The position numbers and the translations under genes were made by a program. The notes under the pieces were generated by a model. That model searched no databases and was not told the DNA's origin. It worked only from the letters and a program-made list of their open reading frames with translations. A stretch of 63,518 nucleotides of DNA, counting the filler, from Octopus bimaculoides (taxonomy: Eukaryota), in assembly GCF_001194135.2 (NCBI RefSeq). It is 6 parts of 5 records of this genome, joined end to end, with 100 filler letters (N's around TTAATTAATTAA, not from the genome) between each part and the next. Parts side by side here need not be neighbours in the genome. Positions count along the whole stretch, not along the records: positions 17,953 to 27,762 come from NC_068982.1; positions 27,863 to 49,118 come from NC_069005.1; 4 more parts are not named here. One strand, written 5' to 3'. This document shows, in pieces, positions 27,131 to 40,643 of this stretch. How positions within the stretch are numbered: the first letter of the stretch is position 1; each line of letters begins with the position of its first letter.

Positions 27131-27559
27131 TTCACCACTATCCCCACTACCACAGATACACAACGATCACACCTATCCTGAGCACCCACCACCAACATAC
27201 CACTGCCGAGATCACTTCAGCCATTGTATGTAAGTGTATTGTCTTGTAATTTCCCAGCATGCCTCAATAACCAGCAGTAATTGTATACTGACAATGTGTT
27301 CCAATTTCAAAGACTGAACATTCACTAACAACTTTTTTTTTTCTTGCTAATGAGCTGCATGTTCGGCTGAACTATACACAGTTTGTTTATCCAATAGTAA
27401 TTGCCTATTTATCTATGAACCTAATTAGACAAAGATCTCTTATTCAATACACACTAGCAAGGTTTTCACTCTTGCAGTAATTTCTAAAACCCACATGCAT
27501 ACGCACAAATTAACAAATGCTCACTTAAAGTTCACACAGATATTCTCATACACCACCTT

Positions 27560-27594
<35 letters not shown>

Positions 27595-27762
27595 GCACAA
27601 CGAACAAACACAGACATATGCATGCACCCACGTGTGCACACATGCATATACACACGCACATACAGACACAGACAGAATCGCATACACAAGCAAGAAAAGC
27701 AATGCATTTCAAAACATAAGAAAGCATACATACATACATAAATGCACACACTTGCATGTATA

Positions 27763-27862
27763 NNNNNNNNNNNNNNNNNNNNNNNNNNNNNNNNNNNNNN
27801 NNNNNNTTAATTAATTAANNNNNNNNNNNNNNNNNNNNNNNNNNNNNNNNNNNNNNNNNNNN
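27763..27862. other. Artificial scaffold linker
   Basis: TTAATTAATTAA at 27807-27818 within N runs. Confidence 0.95.
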
Positions 27863-29139
27863 ATATATACATACATTGAGAGAGAGAGAGAGAGAAGGAG
27901 AGAGTGAAAAAGAGAGAGAAATACAATTTGAAAGCAGACTTTTAAGATTGTGCAAGTTTTTTTCTGAAGTTTAAATGTAACGATGGAGCTTTTTATCAGT
28001 GTTATAAACCAGCTCCTTCTTCAGAGGAAGAATTTAAATCATTAAAAGCAAGGGATAACATACATACATACATACATACATACATACATACATACATACA
28101 TACATACATACATGCATACATGCATACATGCATACATGCTTACACACATACCTACGCACAGAAGGTAATGATGAACTCTGCTGTTAGTGGGAGAATACTA
28201 TGATAACGATTTTATATCGGAAAAATCTGTTGTCAGGTGACGATGTCTTTTTATCAACGAAAATAAATTCACTCAAGTCTTCCTTGATATGAATGATCTT
28301 GCCAGTTTTTATTAATGTCTGCGATAAATTATTAAATTTCACGTTGTAATAAACATTTACTCCAAACTATAGACGCTTCTTAAACTTTAAAATGGCATAA
28401 TATGAATGTTCGTGGATTAAATAATGTTAGATAATGCGCTTTTGAGACGCCCAAAATAGTTAGATAACAGGTAAACGAGATCACTTTCAAATTCTTATAA
28501 AGTCTATTTTATTAGAATATAAGTATATTTTATTGGCGTTAATAGTTAATTGTATTAAAGAAGAAAATCAGTAAAAACCACAGTTATTTTGCGTTTAAAA
28601 TCTGTTATTACAGACTTAACAGGTTTGTGAGATAACACTACTGTTAGTTGATATAATCGTTCACATAATTTATTTTACGTCACATGGCTTATAGTTCAAC
28701 GCAACTAGTTTGTTCAAACGTGAGTTTTAAATAAAATTTCAGACTTGGTTAAAGTTATTTAGACGTTTCTTTTTTTAATATGCTGTAAACTGATGCAAAT
28801 TACTCCGACTATTCTGAAAACTATTTTATTACAAGAAACGAAAACTAAATTCGATATACAATACTAATTCATTTATTCGCAATTTTAGTTTTATACCCCA
28901 TGACATGACCCCAGTTGAATCTTGACATTTTGTAAATTAAGTATTTGTACGTTTCTTGTTTTCTTATCCACTGTGTAAATAAACTCCCATTTTCTCACAG
29001 AATCTCAAAGACCAAAGTGGAAATTGAAATCCTGGAAACTGTTCTAAATAAGTTTAATATTTTAAGCGTTCTTCGAATATAGTTCAAAACAAAGAACCTT
29101 TATTGCTTCGCTCAACCATCTACAGATACTATATTTTCT

Positions 29140-29510
29140 TTTATTGTGGCTATGCTGGTGCACCACTTTGAAATTTTAGTCGAATGATTTGATCCCAGGA
29201 CTTATCTTTTAAGCCTGCTTTTTATTCTATCGGCCCCTTTTGCCGAATCCCTAAATTACGGGACATAAACACACCAAACCAGTTTTCAATCGATGGAGGG
29301 GAACAAACAGACACATAAAGATACACACACATAGAAGATATACATACATATACCTATATATGACGGACTTCCAGTTTCCATTTACCAAATCCACTAACAA
29401 GGTTCTGGTCGGCCCGTGGCTATAGGAGAAAACACCTGCCGAAGGTGACACGCAGTGAAGCTGAGCCCAAAACCATGTGGTTGGGAAGCAAGTATCTTAC
29501 CACACAGCCA
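29140..29510 (-). mobile_element. tRNA-headed SINE family 1, diverged
   Basis: Colinear similarity with 16183-16568. Confidence 0.8.
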
Positions 29511-31879
29511 TGGTATGAATTCTGTAGACGAGGTTAGAACAGTACTGGAGGAGTGCTTTTCGTCACAGACAAGGAATTTTAATGTATGGCCGAAAATAAA
29601 GCATGCATTTGATAGTTCTTGCTGGAACATCTGAACGGTAAAAGCTAAGAGGATTTTTTGTTTGGAAAGATTAGCAATAAATATCAAAATGAACGCAGTA
29701 ACTTTGCCACTCGACAGTGTTGTACTGTTGTACAAAATTTTTGCATAATTAAATGGGTTGATTTTAAGATTTGCATATTTATATATAGTTATATTTCTTT
29801 CTCCCTGCTTATTAAAATAGAATGTCTGCGTCCAAATATCTAAAATTGTTAACTTTAATGTAGGACAGAAAGCAAAACAAACATTTGGCGGTTCTTATTC
29901 GAAAACCTAAGCGGTAAATGCTAAGAAGATTTCTGAAGACCGTTTGAAAAGTTTAGCAATGAATCGCAAAAAGAACTCAATATCTAAGGGATATGAATTC
30001 GAATACTAAAGGAAAAAAGAACCATCTTTAATCCATTAGAGAAAGTAATCCAAGAAGGCTAAATGAACGTGAAAGAGATAGACAGGGAACTATAAAAATA
30101 TCAAATAATGTAAGGGAAAACTTGGAAGTTAAAGAAAGGGCAGTGTTTGAGTACTATAACAAATGTATAAATCTGATCAAGATCCGTTGCCCTGATTGGT
30201 AGAATATTTTTAAAACCTGTGCATTATGGATCAAATATACGGAAAGCAGAAATTTTCGTAAGTATTATTTACATGGGACGGGGATAATTATAGCTAATTT
30301 CAAAGTCTTTAGAACCCCTTAATGAATTGCTGAAAAGAACAGCTAATGTAAATTACATGTTTTCTAAGGTAAGAAGAAGGCAGCGGACTTGAGACTCGTT
30401 AGCGCGTCGGACAAAATGCTTAATGGCATATCTTCTGACTCTTTCACGTTCTGAGTTCAAATTGCTCTGAGGTCAACTTTCACTTTCATTCATTTGGGGG
30501 TTTGTAAAACAAAATACCATTCAAGTACCGGAGTAGTTGTAATTATCTTGCCCTCTCTCTTCAAAGTTGCGGGCCTTGAAATCTGCAACGGACTGGCGTT
30601 CTGTTCAGGGGGTGAGGATGTTTGTTACCTTGGTCATGTATACGTCACAGAAAACCAGGCAACCGAACTTATGAGTACTAGAGCGTGATTAAAAAGTAAA
30701 AAAAAACTTAGAAATACATACGAATCATAACTTTTTGACTGCCTTCGGAGTTGCTGAGTTTGTTTATGTAATGAACATAAACAAAGAGAAACAACAAAAT
30801 TTCAGAGATGCTGAAATCAACATAGAATCACATGTCTTATCCCAAGGTCAGTGTAACGTTACTACAGTTACAGTTAGAAACTGCAGAGATGTATTCATTT
30901 TAGCGTCAGAAACAAGGACTAAAATTATCCTATACCAGAAGCACTACAACAATGGAAAAATTGCTGATTAGGAAAATAATTCAATTAGAATAATTAAGCA
31001 AATTAGTACAGCATATTTTTTTAGTACGTTTTCCCAGAAAATACAAAATGTGCAAGAATGGAATACATTTTAGATAAAATAATTGTTCAAAATTTTTGCA
31101 TTCTTATGGAAGCGAATTCCACATCATCCTCTGAATAATAAGCTTCTTCCAACAAATCCGACTAAATCAATAATTCCAAGCAGAATAAAGATTGTCACCA
31201 TCTTAATAAAAAAGTTATTTATCTCAGCTATAGTGTGATCGTATGGTTCTATTTATTCCAGATATTAATATGTTAACAAATCCGAAATTCTACCGTGGTT
31301 CCCTCTTCCTTTCATTTTTTTTTGAGGTTCAATAAAATAGGTACCAGTTAAATACTGGAGGAAAGGTCATTCACTTACCTGCACTTGCTGGCCTTGCGCC
31401 AAAATTTGAAGCTGAAATATTTATAAACCCGGGCAGTGAAAGATGTTGCACCACTTACATAATACAGATATGTGTGTGTGTATTTATGTATGCATGTGTC
31501 TGTGTGTGTATGCATAGAAGCAATGTCCTTAACGTTTTTCTAAGATACATGCATACATACACACACATATACACATACATACATAAATAAATACATACAT
31601 ACATACATACATACATACATACATACACGCACGTATACACACATAAATACATACTTACCTACATTCCTACTCAAGATCACAATATCTTGGGCAAAAAATA
31701 TCTGCAACTCTATGAGATGTAAAAGATGATAAAAGAAATTTGCTTTTGTTAACGACGTTGCTACCAAGCAGGTAGGCGCTCAAAGTTAACCCCAAAATAA
31801 ACAGAACGCACACGCACACACAAACACACCCACATAGACACATACACACAGACACTCATATATATATATATATATATAT

Positions 31880-32625
31880 GGCTGTCCACTCGTGACCGAG
31901 GAAGACTACCTCTGACTATTGCCCGTACAAAATGCCTGCAATGCCCATAGATGAAGCTATTGCACCAGAAGGCGATTACACCTGGGTCCGCGTCCGCAAC
32001 GTTCATGCTTACAACGGCGCCTTTCGAATAGACTGGGTGTCGGATAGTCGTCTTGCTGGTTATTGCACAACCTAAAATTTGAGGTTCAATAAGGCTTATA
32101 CATTACCTCCCAGACCCCCACCCCACCCTACTGACATGATCCAGAGACAAGCCAGGCAAAAGGTCAAGTGCCAATATGGGTCACAGACTCAGGAACGTAG
32201 GAGTGCCATTATTTCAAGCGCAAGTAAAAGATCCTCAGAATTTCAAAGTCATCTCCAGCATATCCGACTTTATAACAGAGTGACTTCCTAGAGATATGCT
32301 TTAACAAAATCTAAAGGGTGTCTCACTTCCAATGGTCTTCCAGCACGCCGGACACCAAACCGGAATTCCTGATGGCCCGTGCTATTGCTAGATAGTCGTT
32401 GAACGTTCACCAGGTTCATCCGTCGTTTTGACAGGTCTTGTTTTTAGTCCTACTGGATTATCATCAACCCTCCTCACCAGGCAAACCTCATGGTTGTGCC
32501 AAGTAAGTCACCGACCGCCCGACCATGCAACAGGTTGTACTGGATTCCATGTTGCCAGTGGCAATCATGAGGAGACCTCACATGGGATCTGACTTAAATA
32601 TGCAGGGTCCATTCACTGAATTGTG
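31880..32625. mobile_element. Unclassified GC-richer interspersed repeat, possibly a non-autonomous RTE derivative
   Basis: Sharp compositional change after an (AT)n tract and no intact ORF. The class assignment is inference only. Confidence 0.3.
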
Positions 32626-34237
32626 ACTGCTAGGGCACCAACTTTGAAAAGTTGATGTCAACCACAATATCTAATTAACATTAGCAACCTCGACATTTGG
32701 AAAAAACTTCGATGAAAGTTGAATTTGAACTCAGAAGTTAAAGGGTCTTAACTAAATACAACAAGGTTAATTTGTAAAACGCTCAGCAGATTTTACCACC
32801 CGTCACCATGAATATCTAGTACCAACATCGGTGAAGCATTTAATAACCGTGACCGTTTGTTTATTGTATATGGTTCCATATTTCATACAGACAGATTAAT
32901 TTGTCTTTGCACATCCTTCATATCATGCGCTGCAGTAAAATGAATGTATAAAAAAATATTCCTCATAAGTGCTTAGAAAACAAGACACTTTATATTTCTC
33001 ACCAGAAACGAAATATTTATAATAAAATGTATCATTGTCTCTTTATAAAGTTCTCAACATCAACCATGATCTGTTTGATGTTTTTTGCGTTTCTTTCAAG
33101 TAGTGTTTACATTGAAGTCTTATGATATGTTGTGTTATGCAACACTTTACCATTCATTTCTTTTTAATGAAGTAATAGAAACTGATCTAAAAAAAAAAAC
33201 CAAAAGATTAAATAAAAGGAAGCTTCTTCACTCACTTCGAAATATGCGGCAATATTTATCTGAGAGAGGTAAAAAAATGAAATAAGTGTACGTCTCCGAA
33301 CATATCTTTAATATGTGTCGTTTTTATTTTTATGGAAGATGAATTAGAATAACACAAATACACAATACACACAAATAAACAAAGAACAAATAATAACGGT
33401 AAAACATCAAACAAAACTAAAAACGAGATATTATTACATGGAAAAGTACTTAATCTTTACAAATTATTTTCCTGATTTTCAGCAACATTCAGATAGAACA
33501 TCGTATTAATTATAGTGTTCTGTCATTTCTGCATATGTTTACATTGTGTATCATTAATGTTTTTTCTATGGCACAAATGAACATACGTGTTATGTTAATC
33601 TTCTTGCATATATTAAGACTATTCAAAGGAAAAATATAAAAGAGTGTTGGAAAAAAATACATGTTCTAGACAGTTTTTAATTTATCATCAAAAACAACAA
33701 TTTTTTTAATTAAAATTCTTTAGTTTATATAAAATTCTTTGGTTTATATTTCAAAAATATTAAAATTAAATTGTGTTATCTAAATAATGGGTCTCTTAAT
33801 TGATTAATTAATTGATTAATTGTTGATAGACATCATCGAAATTTTCTCCAACGCTCTACCACCTTCGTCGGACAAAAATATCATACGATATTTATTCAGG
33901 GATCAGATTCGCGTTTCGTCCCTTCTGGGACGATAAAATAAAGTACCAGCCAAGCGCTAAAGTTGGTGTAATCAATTTAAATCCTTCTCTTCCTCAAAAT
34001 TGCTAGCATTGTACCTAAATTAGAAAACTGCGGATTAGCAGAATTCTCTGAGCGTTCCAACCCTTCACATTTTGAGTTCAAATCTCGTTACGGTCAATTC
34101 GCCTCTTATTCTGTCGATATCAATAAAATAAAGTACACTGAATCGATATAATCGACTATCGCTCTAACCCAAATATTACTATCCCTATGACTGTAACTGG
34201 AATTATTATTATTGTTATTATCATTATTATTATTATT

Positions 34238-34460
34238 GAGCTGGCAGAAACGTTAGCACGCCGGGCGAAATGCTTAGCAGTATTTCGTCTGCCGTAACGT
34301 TCTGAGTTCAAATTCCGCCGAGGTCGACTTTGCCTTTCATCCTTTCGGGGTCGATTAAATAAGTACCAGTTACGCACTGGGGCCGATGTAATCGACTTAA
34401 TTTGTTTGTCTGTCCTTGTTTGTCCCCTCTGTGTTTAGCCCCGTGTGGGCAATAAAGAAA
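34238..34460 (+). mobile_element. Nin/Deu-domain SINE (family 2, alternative 3' tail)
   Basis: GAGCTGGCAGAAACGTTAGC head, GAGTTCAAATTCC B-box, and Nin core CCTTTCGGGGTCGATTAAATAAGTACCAG (34341-34369). About 15 further diverged copies occur across the window. Confidence 0.88.
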
Positions 34461-35157
34461 TAATAATTATTAGTAGTAGTAGTAGTAGAAGTAGTTGTCT
34501 TATTATTTTATTGCTATTGTCATCATTAATATTGTTATGGCGACGACCTGGCAGAATTGTTAGTACTCCGAACAAAATGTTTAGTGGATTTCATGTCCGT
34601 CTCTATGTTTTGAGTTCAAATTCTGCCGAGGTTGATTTTGCCTTTCATCCTTTAGGACCGATGAAATAAGAATCCGGTAAGTACTGGGGTCCATAAAACC
34701 GACTGGCCCCCTCCCGAAACATTTCAGGTGTTGTGCTATAATAGAAAGTAGTAGTGTTGCATTCTTTGTAGCTGATAATGATGATGATGATGTACAAATG
34801 TTATTACATGCTAATTTAATTATCAGAGATAAGTTTTGCTGGCAACAAATCATATCAAATTGTACGGATGCGTGTCTGTGTGTGTGTCTGTGTGTCTATG
34901 TGTCTATGTGTGTGCGTGTGTGCTTGCGTGTGTATGTCTGTGTGCTGGTCTATATGTGTGTATGTGCGTGTGTGTGTGACTTTGCCTTTGTGTTTTTCCC
35001 CCTCCAACCGCTTAACAATTGGTGTTGGTTTGTTTACATCACAGTAAAATAGCGATACAGCAAAATAGACAAACAGAATAACGTCTTGTGCAGATTTAAT
35101 CGACAAAATCCTTTTAAACTGGTGTCCCAGCATGACAGCAGTCCAACACATGAAAGA

Positions 35158-35188
<31 letters not shown>

Positions 35189-36959
35189 GCGAAACAGATA
35201 CAGGTTGGAACTCTCCTGCAGGTCGCCGATTCATATCCCAGTTCTAAATATCCTTCGGCTTCTGTTTTGACGTAGGGCAGAGTGTAACAATTTCAAAAGG
35301 TATCATTTACTATCTTGTCACTCACTTCATCCAACACGTGTATTGGCCAGCTCCAACATCATCAGTTCGTTAAATGAATTGATCATGTTGTTGTTTCTCA
35401 TTCCAGTAATTTGTCCTCTTTTCTGTATGGCTAAAATCTCTCCCAATTCCAGTTGTTTCTGCAATATTTCTAAGCTCAGGGGCGGTGTGTTGGCAAAATC
35501 GTTAGCGGTTTTTTGTTCGTTTTTACGTTCTGACTTCAAATACCGGTTTTTCTCGTTCATCTTTTAGCAGTCGGTGAAACAAGGACCAGTTGAACACTGG
35601 GGACGATGTTATCAACTTACCCTACCCCGGAATTGCTGGCCTTGTACCAAAATTTGAAATTAATATCTCTAACCCCAGAGGCACCGGGAAAAACACTTAA
35701 CGGTATTTCGTCCGTCTTTACGTTATGGGTTCAAATACCACCGTGGAAGACTGCCTTTCATCCATTCGTGATCGATAAAATAAATCTCAGTTGAGTAGTA
35801 TAGTCGATGTTAACGACTTCGGCCCTCCCATAAATTTGCTGGCCTTGTGCCAAAATTTGAACGTAATATTTATAACCTCAGATAATAATTTTTCGTTACT
35901 ATATAAAGCATAGTTTTTCATAATCCTAATTCGTAACACTGATTTTGTCTTCTGAAATTAAAAAACGTCTGCTTCTTTCATTTCTTGGCTAATAGAGCCT
36001 AAAAGAATATTTCTTTTATGGTTAAGGCGGTGAACTAGCAGAATCGTTAGCACGCCGGGTAAAATGCTTAGCGCCATTTCGCCCGTCATTACGTTCTTAG
36101 TTCAAATCCTACCGGGTTTGAGTTTGCCATTCATCTCTTTCAAGATCGATAAAATAGTACCAGTTGAGTACTGGCCTTGTGCCAGAATCTGCAATCAACA
36201 TTACGTTTAAAATTGTGTTTCATTAGATTATATGAGAGTAGCTCTTCAGTTCTGTCCAATTCTTGCTGTCTCTCTATAAAATAGGTGCAGAAAATTTCAC
36301 CATTGGCATGGCTCAGCTATTGATTGCCTCTTACTCACATTTAGCAAATACTGGGATCGATGTCATCGACTAACACTTAGAATTGCTAACCTTGTGCTTA
36401 AATTAGAAAATTCTGATACTTGTTGCTTTTGTTGTTGCTGTTGTTGTTATCATCATCGTCGTCGTCGTCGTCGTCATCATCATCGTTATTATAATTATGT
36501 TTCCTTATCGAGTCTTTTCATTATTTTCCAAATCTTTCGGACAAGAAATTTGGAAATGTGGGATTGCTGCTTCTTAAACTAGAAAAGAAGGAGAGGAAAA
36601 TGTTTTAAAACCTAAAAATAGTGTTAGTACAATTCAAAAAGGTTTTCCTGAAAGAAATCGTGACAAGAAATTTTGTTCTGTGGTTCCATCCAAGTTAATT
36701 TAAAAAACTATATTGCTTCTTTCCACACTGAAAATAAGTAAATAAAGAAATAGATAAATGAAGTATTACATTGGTTTCATTGCAAAAATTACCAAACAAG
36801 TCATTTTTGTTCCTGGTCAAAATAAATCCTCATATACTCGCCATGAAGGCAGCATCCTTGGCACACTTGTCGGACATAGTAGTCAAACGATCCTCAAATT
36901 GAACAAGAGAAATCATTTCGATCGTATAATGGTTTCTAGACAATCACAGTCATAAACAA

Positions 36960-37650
36960 GAAAATCGGTGACGACTGGAACATTTTGATCACAATTTTTA
37001 TGTTGGACAAATCCTTGGAAAACTCATGATGTATTTGTACCTGATGATGGTGGGTGATAGATTATGCAGAATGCTGAACAATTTGAGGACATAATTTCTC
37101 CACGGTCCGGTTGACCTGTTCAATTCATTGACAACAGAATGGACGAGCTAAATCACGAGGATCCGCGCCACTCCGCAATAGAATTGACCCAACAGACAGG
37201 ATTTTCTCAAAGCATAACCCTTCGATTCTATTCGATAGGAAAGTCCAAAAACTCGGTGGGTGAGTGCTACATGCTCTGAATAATAAAGATAAACTCCAAC
37301 CCCAACGTCGCTAATTTGACCAAAAATGCTATTCAAAAGCTCATCTCGGAGTTCTGCAGTTCCTTTTGTATTCTTCCCCTTCACGTGATTGCTTTTTATC
37401 GTTGCTCTCCAGCAGTCTGAGATACGTTTCGTTCAATAACGACGTGGAATTAAAAACGTGAAGCGTTGAACTCCTCGAGGTAAATCTTTCTACGGTTAAA
37501 GCAGTGACAAGTGAGTGGAACATTTGGAAGAAGTAATGGAGAATGAAGGAGAATATAGTAGTGACTGATTTGTTCAAATCGTTTATGATAAATAAAGATA
37601 AAAACGAATGAAATACAAACAATGAATTGCTTTCATAACCTAATATATGA
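36960..37650 (+). mobile_element. Mariner remnant with internal deletion
   Basis: Translates in pieces to PRSG*P...EDPRHSAIELTQQTGFSQS (HTH region), SFNNDVELKT and EVMENEGEYSSD*. Ends in the TIR-like TTCATAACCTAATA. Confidence 0.65.
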
Positions 37651-37880
37651 CTTGCTAATGGAAATCTGCTACTACAAACCATGTAATCATTTGTGCTACT
37701 TTCCACAGTCGACTGGTCGGTAAAAAACAGTAAGCACATTGAGTTTGCAGAGTGAAGAGAATTAGTGGATACTCCCCATGAGTGAAAAACGAACTCTATC
37801 AAAAGCAGAGGCGCTGTCTGAGTTCAAAATATCTTCCATGTGCTGGATAGGAAATAGGTACTTCCTGGACTGCCATGCCG

Positions 37881-38072
37881 AATTGATATTAATCAATTAA
37901 AACCAGTGGTCTAGCATATTAAAAGAATCCGAATATTAAAATTATATTAGATACCAAAATAAGAGGACTGACCAGCAAAAGTGGACTCCTATATGTTAGA
38001 AATAGATGCCGAATCATCTAACCACGAAAAATATGTTCTCAGGCCACTGGTTTTAATTGATTAATATCAATT
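37881..38072. repeat. 29-bp perfect inverted repeat with 134-bp spacer
   Basis: AATTGATATTAATCAATTAAAACCAGTGG (37881-37909) and its exact reverse complement (38044-38072). Confidence 0.9.
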
Positions 38073-38714
38073 TCTACCCTTATTAATAAATTTTAAATAA
38101 TGATGTTCTCAAACGGGTAAATTAGCTGCAAAAATTTATTAAATGCAGAGTTATTTCCGGACTTAGCGCGCCAGATTGAAGACATTTGAAGGGATACACT
38201 GAATGTAAATTGTAGAACTCTACACGTGATCCCTTTCGGGTGAACGTCTTGTGTCTAGTTCTGGAAATTATATTTTATAAATCGACAGACTACGCTGATG
38301 ATCCTGCAGATATTTACTTATGCAANNNNNNNNNNNNNNNNNNNNNNNNNNNNNNNNNNNNNNNNNNNNNNNNNNNNNNNNNNNNNNNNNNNNNNNNNNN
38401 NNNNNNNNNNNNNNNNNNNNNNNNNNNNNNNNNNNNNNNNNNNNNNNNNNNNNNNNNNNNNNNNNNNNNNNNNNNNNNNNNNNNNNNNNNNNNNNNNNNN
38501 NNNNNNNNNNNNNNNNNNNNNNNNNNNNNNNNNNNNNNNNNNNNNNNNNNNNNNNNNNNNNNNNNNNNNNNNNNNNNNNNNNNNNNNNNNNNNNNNNNNN
38601 NNNNNNNNNNNNNNNNNNNNNNNNNNNNNNNNNNNNNNNNNNNNNNNNNNNNNNNNNNNNNNNNNNNNNNNNNNNNNNNNNNNNNNNNNNNNNNNNNNNN
38701 NNNNNNNNNNNNNN

Positions 38715-39050
38715 GAAGAAGGAGGAGGAGGAGGAGGAGAAGAAGAAGAAGAAGAAGAAGAAGAAGAAGAAGGAGGAGAAGAAGGAGAAGAAGAAGAAGA
38801 AGAAGAAGAAGAAGAAGAAGAAGAAGAAGAAGAAGAAGAAGAAGGAAGAGGAGGAGGAGGAGAAGAAGAAGAAGAAGGAGAAGAAGAAGAAAGAGAAGAA
38901 GGAGGAGGAGGAGGAGAAGAAGAAGAAGAAGAAGAAGAAGAAGAAGAAGAAGAAAAAGAAGAAGAAGAAGAAGAAGAAGAAGAAGAAAAAAAAAAGAAGA
39001 AGAAGAAGAAGAAGGAGGAGGAGGAGAAGAAGAAGGAGGAGGAGGAGAAT
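38715..39050. repeat. (GAA/GGA)n purine microsatellite
   Basis: About 335-bp pure purine tract; source of the poly-E/K/R ORFs. Confidence 0.95.
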
Positions 39051-39509
39051 GTGAGATTGCCATGATAGTAGTAATATATTAAATGGTCANNNNNNNNNNG
39101 AAGGAGGAGGAGGAGAAGAAGAAGGAGGAGGAGGAGAATGTGAGATTGCCATGATAGTAGTAATATATTAAATGGTCAAGTGCCCTGAAAGTGACCCGTT
39201 GTGGGTGGTAGTAGTGATTGAATTCTTGAGACATCTCTTTTGAATGTATTGTTTATAAAATTTGCGTAGGTGTTATTCTAAACATCAATAGTAGTAAACT
39301 TAGGAAGGAGATGGTGGAGAGGAAGAAGATGAAGAAGAAGGAGAAAGAGAAAGGAGAATAATACAGGAATGCTGACGGTATGATAGTAGTAGGATGTTAA
39401 ATAGTCAAGTGATTCGTTATGGATTATAACAGTGATTGGGATTGTTTTTAAGTGAATTCTTGGGAATCTCTTGAGTGAATCCTTTTTAATATTTGCGTGT
39501 GTGTTTGTG

Positions 39510-40040
39510 TTATTCTAAGGCCGTGGATATGTCGTTTGTTGTAAATGCGTTCAAAAGGGGTCTGTATTTTGTAATAAAGATAGTCTCTTTACTAATTCGT
39601 TGGCTACATGTTGTATCGTCCCTGAATTGATAGAGGGGAAAAATTCTGAAGTTTGGATTTTTGTTATTGGCTCAAATGTCGATGTGTTGGCTGAATGCTA
39701 TTTTTCTGTTTTGGGGAATTTTGATCTGGGATCTGTGCAGTGCCATCCTTTGACATAGACTGTTTTTTCCAGATCAGGTTAGTGCGTATATCAGGTTCTC
39801 TGAAGTACATGTGAAGCTGCTTTTCACTGTGAAACGTTGTCCCTGTTTGAAGGAGAACTTTGATCCCTCAATTAAATTGACGCATTTCCTACAGTTGGGT
39901 CTTCTGTATTTCTTTACTGACGGCTTCTGTGTTGTTGAGCGTATTCGGGCTTGTGTTAGGAGACTTTTCATAGATTTGGGCTGTCTCTTGCTTTTTATGA
40001 TGGTGTGCGTTTGGAGAATTAAGTTCATTCTGTGATTCTA
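39510..40040 (-). mobile_element. Penelope-like element, GIY-YIG endonuclease remnant
   Basis: Minus strand reads RPNCRKC...FTVKSSFTCTSENLIYALT*...QRMALHRSQI...SQHID...KETIFITKYRPLLN, the order of the Penelope C-terminal GIY-YIG domain. Confidence 0.8.
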
Positions 40041-40416
40041 GTTACGCAAGCCGCAAGTACGATTCCTTATTTGACAAGTTGATTGTAGCTTTATAGCAGA
40101 GCAGTTTATGACACGTTGATCCAGTCTACGCGGTGATTAAAATGGAGAAGGAGCGTGATTCAGTATTTGGAAAAACTCGCTCATAAAATTCTAGGTTCGG
40201 TGGCAGACCCAGGAAACGAGTTGTGTCGTTGTGACAAGTCACAAGTTCAACCAACTGGTCAAATATTAATGACTTTTAGGGACACGGTATTTCGTTGTGC
40301 AATCATAATATTCTGCAAAGTATATTAAACGTTTTTATAAGTCAATACCTTTTCTACTGCGTTAGCAGTGCGCTTTATGTAACTTGTTATGGTTATTTCT
40401 ACAAATTTTAAATAGG

Positions 40417-40506
40417 AATTATAGCCAGCACAGATTTTGTTACGTTTCGTATCTGAGACGCCTGATGATACCAAACGTCGTAGCACAATCAGTGCTGGCT
40501 ATAATT
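40417..40506. other. Imperfect palindrome centred on hammerhead-like cores
   Basis: Perfect 15-bp arms 40417-40431 and 40492-40506. CTGATGA at 40462-40468 is followed by TAC-CAAAC, and the mirrored GTTTC lies at 40444-40448. Confidence 0.55.
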
Positions 40507-40643
40507 TCTACAGAAAATATGTAGAGAGAACCTTAAAAACAGGTCAAAATGAGTATTGAATCTGACCGCATGGTTAGCGCCATGTCAGTGTGACAGCGTA
40601 GAGAAACCGGTAGTGCACCCTGAAAGACTGCAAGCATGAAGAG

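Noticed and set aside
29933-29952. Isolated CTGA(A/T)GA words as hammerheads (also at 20371, 37042, 20483 minus, 45817 minus)
   Set aside because: They lack a pairing stem II, a GAAA at the right distance, or closing stems I and III.
39010-39178. 79-bp direct repeat either side of a 10-N gap
   Set aside because: The copies are identical and abut the gap, typical of an unmerged contig overlap.
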